NCBI RefSeq assembly: GCF_032444005.1
Contig: NC_091283.1
Coordinates: forward strand, 530,410,001-530,474,000
DNA: 64,000 nt
From: Ranitomeya imitator
Taxonomy: Eukaryota
Direction of reading: 5' to 3'
Shown here: positions 59,914 through 64,000 of the stretch, one piece after another
How the letters are laid out: each line of letters opens with the position of its first letter
How positions within the stretch are numbered: position 1 is the first letter of the stretch
Notes under the pieces: generated by a model
The model's input: only the letters and a program-made list of their open reading frames with translations
Told to the model about the DNA's origin: nothing
Databases searched by the model: none
Program-made: the position numbers and the translations under genes

Positions 59914-60436
59914 TAGGGTTGAGCGACCTTTACTTTTATAGGATCGGGTCGGGTTTCACGAAACCCGACTTTTTCAAAAGTCGGGTCGAGTGAAATCAGC
60001 CGATCCTATAAAAAAGTCGGGGTCGGGGTCGGGGTCGGCCGAAACTCTGGTTTCCCAGGGTCTGAAGGAGCGGAAACTCTCCTTCAGGCCCTGCGATCCA
60101 TATTTTAGTGTAAAATAAAGAATTAAAATAAAAAATATCGCAATACTTACCCTCTGACGCGCCCTGGTATTAACCGGGAACCTTCCTTCCTTAGAATCAG
60201 CCTTCCAGGACCTTGCGGTGACGTCGCGGTGACGTCGCGGCTTGTGATTGGCCGCGCGGCCGCCCATGTGACCGCTCGCGCGACCAATCACAAGCCGCGA
60301 CGTCACCGCGACGTCACCGAAGGTCCTGGAAGGGCTGATTCTTAGGAAGGAAGGCTGCCGGAAAGAAGCAGGGCGCGTCCGAGGGTAAGTATATTCCTAT
60401 TAGGTATATACTCACCCTCGGACGCGCCCTGCTTCT
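59914..60436 (-). mobile_element. Truncated copy of hAT MITE D (one terminus + half of the internal palindrome)
   Basis: TAGGGTTGAGCGACC terminus; collinear with 17470-17985. Confidence 0.9.
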
Positions 60437-61840
60437 GGGTGACATGCAGTGTGCCATAAACCCGGTATAAATGCCGTAAATATCATGAGGTCACATCCGG
60501 TTACACGAGAGCACTCGTGTGAAGTACGGAACAAGCCGACAGAAAGGACTGGCGCATCCGCAGAGGGTCGAGAGGTCGAGATTCGCGCTAGTGACAGAAT
60601 GCGGAATAGACTATTCACAGGAGACGGCGCAGGCGTAGTACGCCAGAAACTACTCCCTCATATGGGCAGATAGGTGCAACGTACAAAAATAAGACAATTA
60701 ACCCTTACAAAAGGGGAATAAGTGTAAGTGAAAGGAATCACTGACATCAAACAATAAAGAAGATGATGTAACAATATCTGATATGTAAATGTAAGCCATA
60801 AAGCAACAAAACAACACACCAAGGCTGGACCTATTGATATGGACATATAAATAAACTCCATAGGGGGGATAAAAGAAAGAAACAGAAACACATATATTAA
60901 ATACGTAATATATATATATATATAATAATATCCAAGTCACATAAAAGTGATATATCACCATAGTAACATATATCTGTATTAAACAAGATCCCATAGAAGA
61001 AGTATACACAAAATAGAGATATGAGATTATGTATTGAGAGTGGAAAAGGACATAACCCAGCAAGAAAAAAAAGCATTGGAAAGAAGATTGTAATCATGAT
61101 GGCACCTAAAGAAAGGGAAATAATAGAAGCGTAATCAACATAGGAAAATAATACTTAAAATAAAATGTATATACAAATAACACATGATTAAATTAGAACT
61201 AATTCTGTATAGCTTCATATTCCCTATTCATGCTTCGTGGATGCAGCGTCTGGAGGGTGAAAATCCAGAACGCCTCTCTTTCCTTTAATCTCTGAATCCT
61301 GTTCCCACCACGCCTAGAGGAGGGAGTACTCTCAAGTACCTGAAATTTCAATTGTGAAATGGAATGTCCCGCTGAAATAAAATGAAACGGAACTGGTAAC
61401 ATGGTGCGATTGCACCGAATGGTAGACTTACTGTATGTTGGGAAATGCGGTCTCGGACATGCTGGGTGGTTTCCCCAACATATCCGAGACCGCAGGGACA
61501 TTTGATAAGATATATTACATGGGAAGAGTCACATGTAAAAAAAACCATTGATCGGGAATAATTTCCCCGATCTAGGATGGGAAAAGGTGTTGCACTTGGT
61601 TACATTTGAACACTGAGGGCAATGCAAACAGGGGAATGTACCTTGTCTCTGTGTGGCTAAAAGGGCTTGTCGTTGCAATGTCTTCGTAGAGCCTATATCG
61701 GCACGTACTAATATATTTTTAATGTTTTGTGGTTTCTTGTAACAAAAAAGAGGTGGAATAGAGAATTCCGAGATGGAGGGATACGCCTTACCTAACAGGG
61801 GCCAATGCTCTAACACACAATTCTTAAACAGATTCATATA
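60437..61840 (-). mobile_element. 5'-truncated Neptune-clade Penelope element (distinct family from 21-26 kb)
   Basis: HWPLL..FPCLHCPQCSN..FTCDSSHVIYLIKCPCGLGYVGETTQHVRDRISQH..LKEREAFWIFTLQTLHPRSMNRE; frameshifted. Confidence 0.85.
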
Positions 61841-61860
61841 AGGATGATATGTATAAGGAT

Positions 61861-62035
61861 GCCTAATAGCATTTTGTGCTACTCAGCACAGTACCCCACC
61901 CATGAAGCAAGCTACACCGCCTGTTTACCTAAGTACTATTTTTTAACGGCATCTGGCCCAGGAAATCCTTTTGGGCCTAGTAGCATTTTGTGCCACTCAG
62001 CAGAGTACCCCACCCATGAAGCAAGCTACACCGCC
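61861..62035. repeat. 114-bp tandem units, right block
   Basis: GCCTA(A/G)TAGCATTTTGTGC at 61861 and 61975; same unit as 59146-59347. Confidence 0.85.
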
Positions 62036-62111
62036 TTCTTTCTTTCTCAATCTAACCCCTCAGCTCTGGGGTGTCCACTCTCCCTCCAGCTCTCTCATTC
62101 TCACAGGTGGA

Positions 62112-62610
62112 CTACTGCGTGTTTTCACACTGTGGCAAATCTTTTGGGCATAAGAAGTCGTCGATGTAATGGATAATATGTGCCGCCTTACAAACGTCCA
62201 TGACAACGTATTCGAGGAAGCAAATAAATGCCTCAAATAGTGAGCAGGATATGGAGCACCCCATGGGCAAACAGCAATCTATGTAGTATGCTCCTTCACA
62301 GAAGCAGCCCAATGGGAGGACACTATTCGGAGGCACAGGTAGTAACCATAACGCCCCCGCAATGTCTGTTTGGGCCATTAGGGTGCCCCTTAACAACTTC
62401 TTGACCCGCCTGATTGCCTCGTCAAAGGAGGTACAGTACATAGTACTGTACTTGGTTCCGCATCGATGTTGTCGTTTACCGACCTGCCCCTTGGATATGA
62501 CAAATGGTGGATTAGTCTGAATGTATTGGGTTCATTTTTAGGCACAACTCCCAACGGGGGTACCTCTACATCTTCTAAGGAAAGTGTTCTGAATGGACCT
62601 GCCGCCATTA
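62112..62610 (-). pseudogene. DIRS/Ngaro-type (tyrosine-recombinase retrotransposon) reverse transcriptase fragment
   Basis: GPF..PLGVVPK..FRLIHHLSYPRGRSVND; SFDEA..TDI..LPMGCSISCSLFE..HYIDDFL. Confidence 0.85.
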
Positions 62611-62924
62611 TACCTAAAGATATTTCTTTTTTTTTCTTTTTTTTGTCAAGACATCTGGGTGTTGGTAGAGTGAGATTAGATTTTTACTCCAGCCTTTCTT
62701 GATTTTAGAAGGGCATGACATGCCTATATCTGTGTCTCCTCCTCCTTTTACTCCTCCACCTCCTTTCTTTTCGCATGACTATATGTAGTTGTGACTTTTC
62801 CATGTGTTTGTTGTGTCTTCTGAGCAGTTTGTCAGCTTTTGGACACCTTTTAAGGTTTTTTCTATGTGTTTTCCATGTGTTTGTATGTATTTGTTTTTGC
62901 CTGCCATTGGTTTTAAAGGGGTTC

Positions 62925-63022
62925 GATGGTGTTCTTCGAAAGTTCGACGAACAGTTTGGCGAACACCTCCCTGTTTGATGAACCAAACCGAACCCGAACA
63001 CTAGGGAGGTGGCTCAACACTA
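62925..63022. mobile_element. hAT-type right terminus
   Basis: GTTCG/CCGAAC subterminal motifs ending GGCTCAACACTA. Confidence 0.55.
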
Positions 63023-63029
63023 TCCGGGA

Positions 63030-63598
63030 AGTATTGGATTGGGATCGTCTTGAGGACTTGAAGGTGTAACAAAGGATTTTAGATTTCACCAACTACTACT
63101 ATAAGTTCATCAAAAGCTTTTTGGTTGTAGCCAAACCTCTTGCGTATATGACTAGGAAGGGGATTGACTTTTCCAAGTGGTCCAGTGCCACAAGGGAGGC
63201 ATTTGATACTTTGAAGAGGATTTTTTCATCTGCACTGATCCTCAAACAGCAAGATGTCTCTCAGCCTTTTATCGTTGAGGTTGATGCGTCTGAGGTGGGA
63301 GTGGAGGCTGTGTAGTCCCAGATGGCGTCTCCTGATAAAAGGGCATCCATGTGCTTATTTTTTAAAAAACTGTTGTCTGCAGAGAAAAATTATGACATCG
63401 GTAACAGGGAACTCTTGGCAATCAAGTGGGCTTTTGAAGAATGGCATCATTTTTTGGAGGGAGCAGTTCATCCAGTTATGCTGATCACGGACCTTAAACA
63501 TTTTATATATTTGGAATCAGCAAAACATCTAATGCCACAACAGGCAAGATGGGCATTGTTATTTACCAGGTTTAACTTTTTTGTCACATATACACAGG
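63030..63598 (+). pseudogene. Ty3/Gypsy pol fragment (RT connection + RNase H)
   Basis: [64 protein letters not shown]. Confidence 0.9.
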
Positions 63599-64000
63599 TG
63601 TCACGTTGTCTGATACTAACCTCTCCGGCCAGTGTCCTCCATCCGGGTTTGCTGGCTCTCTTCGCCTTAGCAGGCCGCGCATGCGCTTCTTTCGCCGCTG
63701 GGGCTTCTGGGAGTTCGTGACCCGGTGACTCCACTCCAACATGGCGGCACCCATTGGATTTTTCTGTCCTGCGTCTTGTCAGGTAAGACGCCTAAGTATC
63801 TGTTGGTCATGCCAGCTTTCTTGCTGGTGCCTCCCTTGGTTTCTCAGGCTCCCTGTCGCTGTTTCCTTCACTTTGTCTCTGCCTTATCCCTTCCATATTG
63901 TCTCTGTCATTTCTTCCAGCCCTGTACCTCTGCCGCTCCCGTCAGCCCTTTGTCTCTGCCTTGTCCCTTTCATATTATCTCTGTCATTTCTTCCAGCCCT
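63599..64000. mobile_element. Probable LTR start inserted into the Gypsy fragment, runs off window
   Basis: TGTCACG start abruptly ending the pol frame; pyrimidine-rich tandem repeats after 63880. Confidence 0.4.

Overview
Eukaryotic (vertebrate, most likely anuran/frog; inferred from T2/Kolobok MITEs, Uribo-type piggyBac ends, Neptune Penelope and CR1 content) transposon-dense region with no recognisable host gene. Main elements: (1) a young CR1 LINE (1-4361, minus) with a 5x126-bp tandem 5' array, disrupted by a palindromic TTAA MITE and a 138-bp retro-insertion; (2) a non-autonomous Helitron (8668-10979) whose 20-bp minisatellite carries a DD41D (Visitor/rosa) Tc1/mariner; (3) a decayed large hAT element A (11840-27170, TSD TATAGAAT) containing two Penelope-type insertions with 5'-inverted arms and hammerhead-ribozyme motifs, plus a palindromic hAT MITE; (4) an apparently intact 13.4-kb autonomous hAT element B (30677-44034, TSD ATGAACAC, 1192-aa transposase) carrying three internal higher-order tandem arrays and inserted into an older hAT C; (5) a distal patchwork of solo LTRs, Tc1, piggyBac, hAT MITEs, Neptune, DIRS/Ngaro and Gypsy fragments. 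Most interesting: the intact satellite-laden hAT, the fossil mini-copy of itself in its 3' arm, a set of minimal hammerhead ribozymes (including U3-A8 covariant cores) in Penelope tails, and octamer-bearing promoter-like monomers on the CR1. All coordinates were read by eye; no database searches or folding computations were run.
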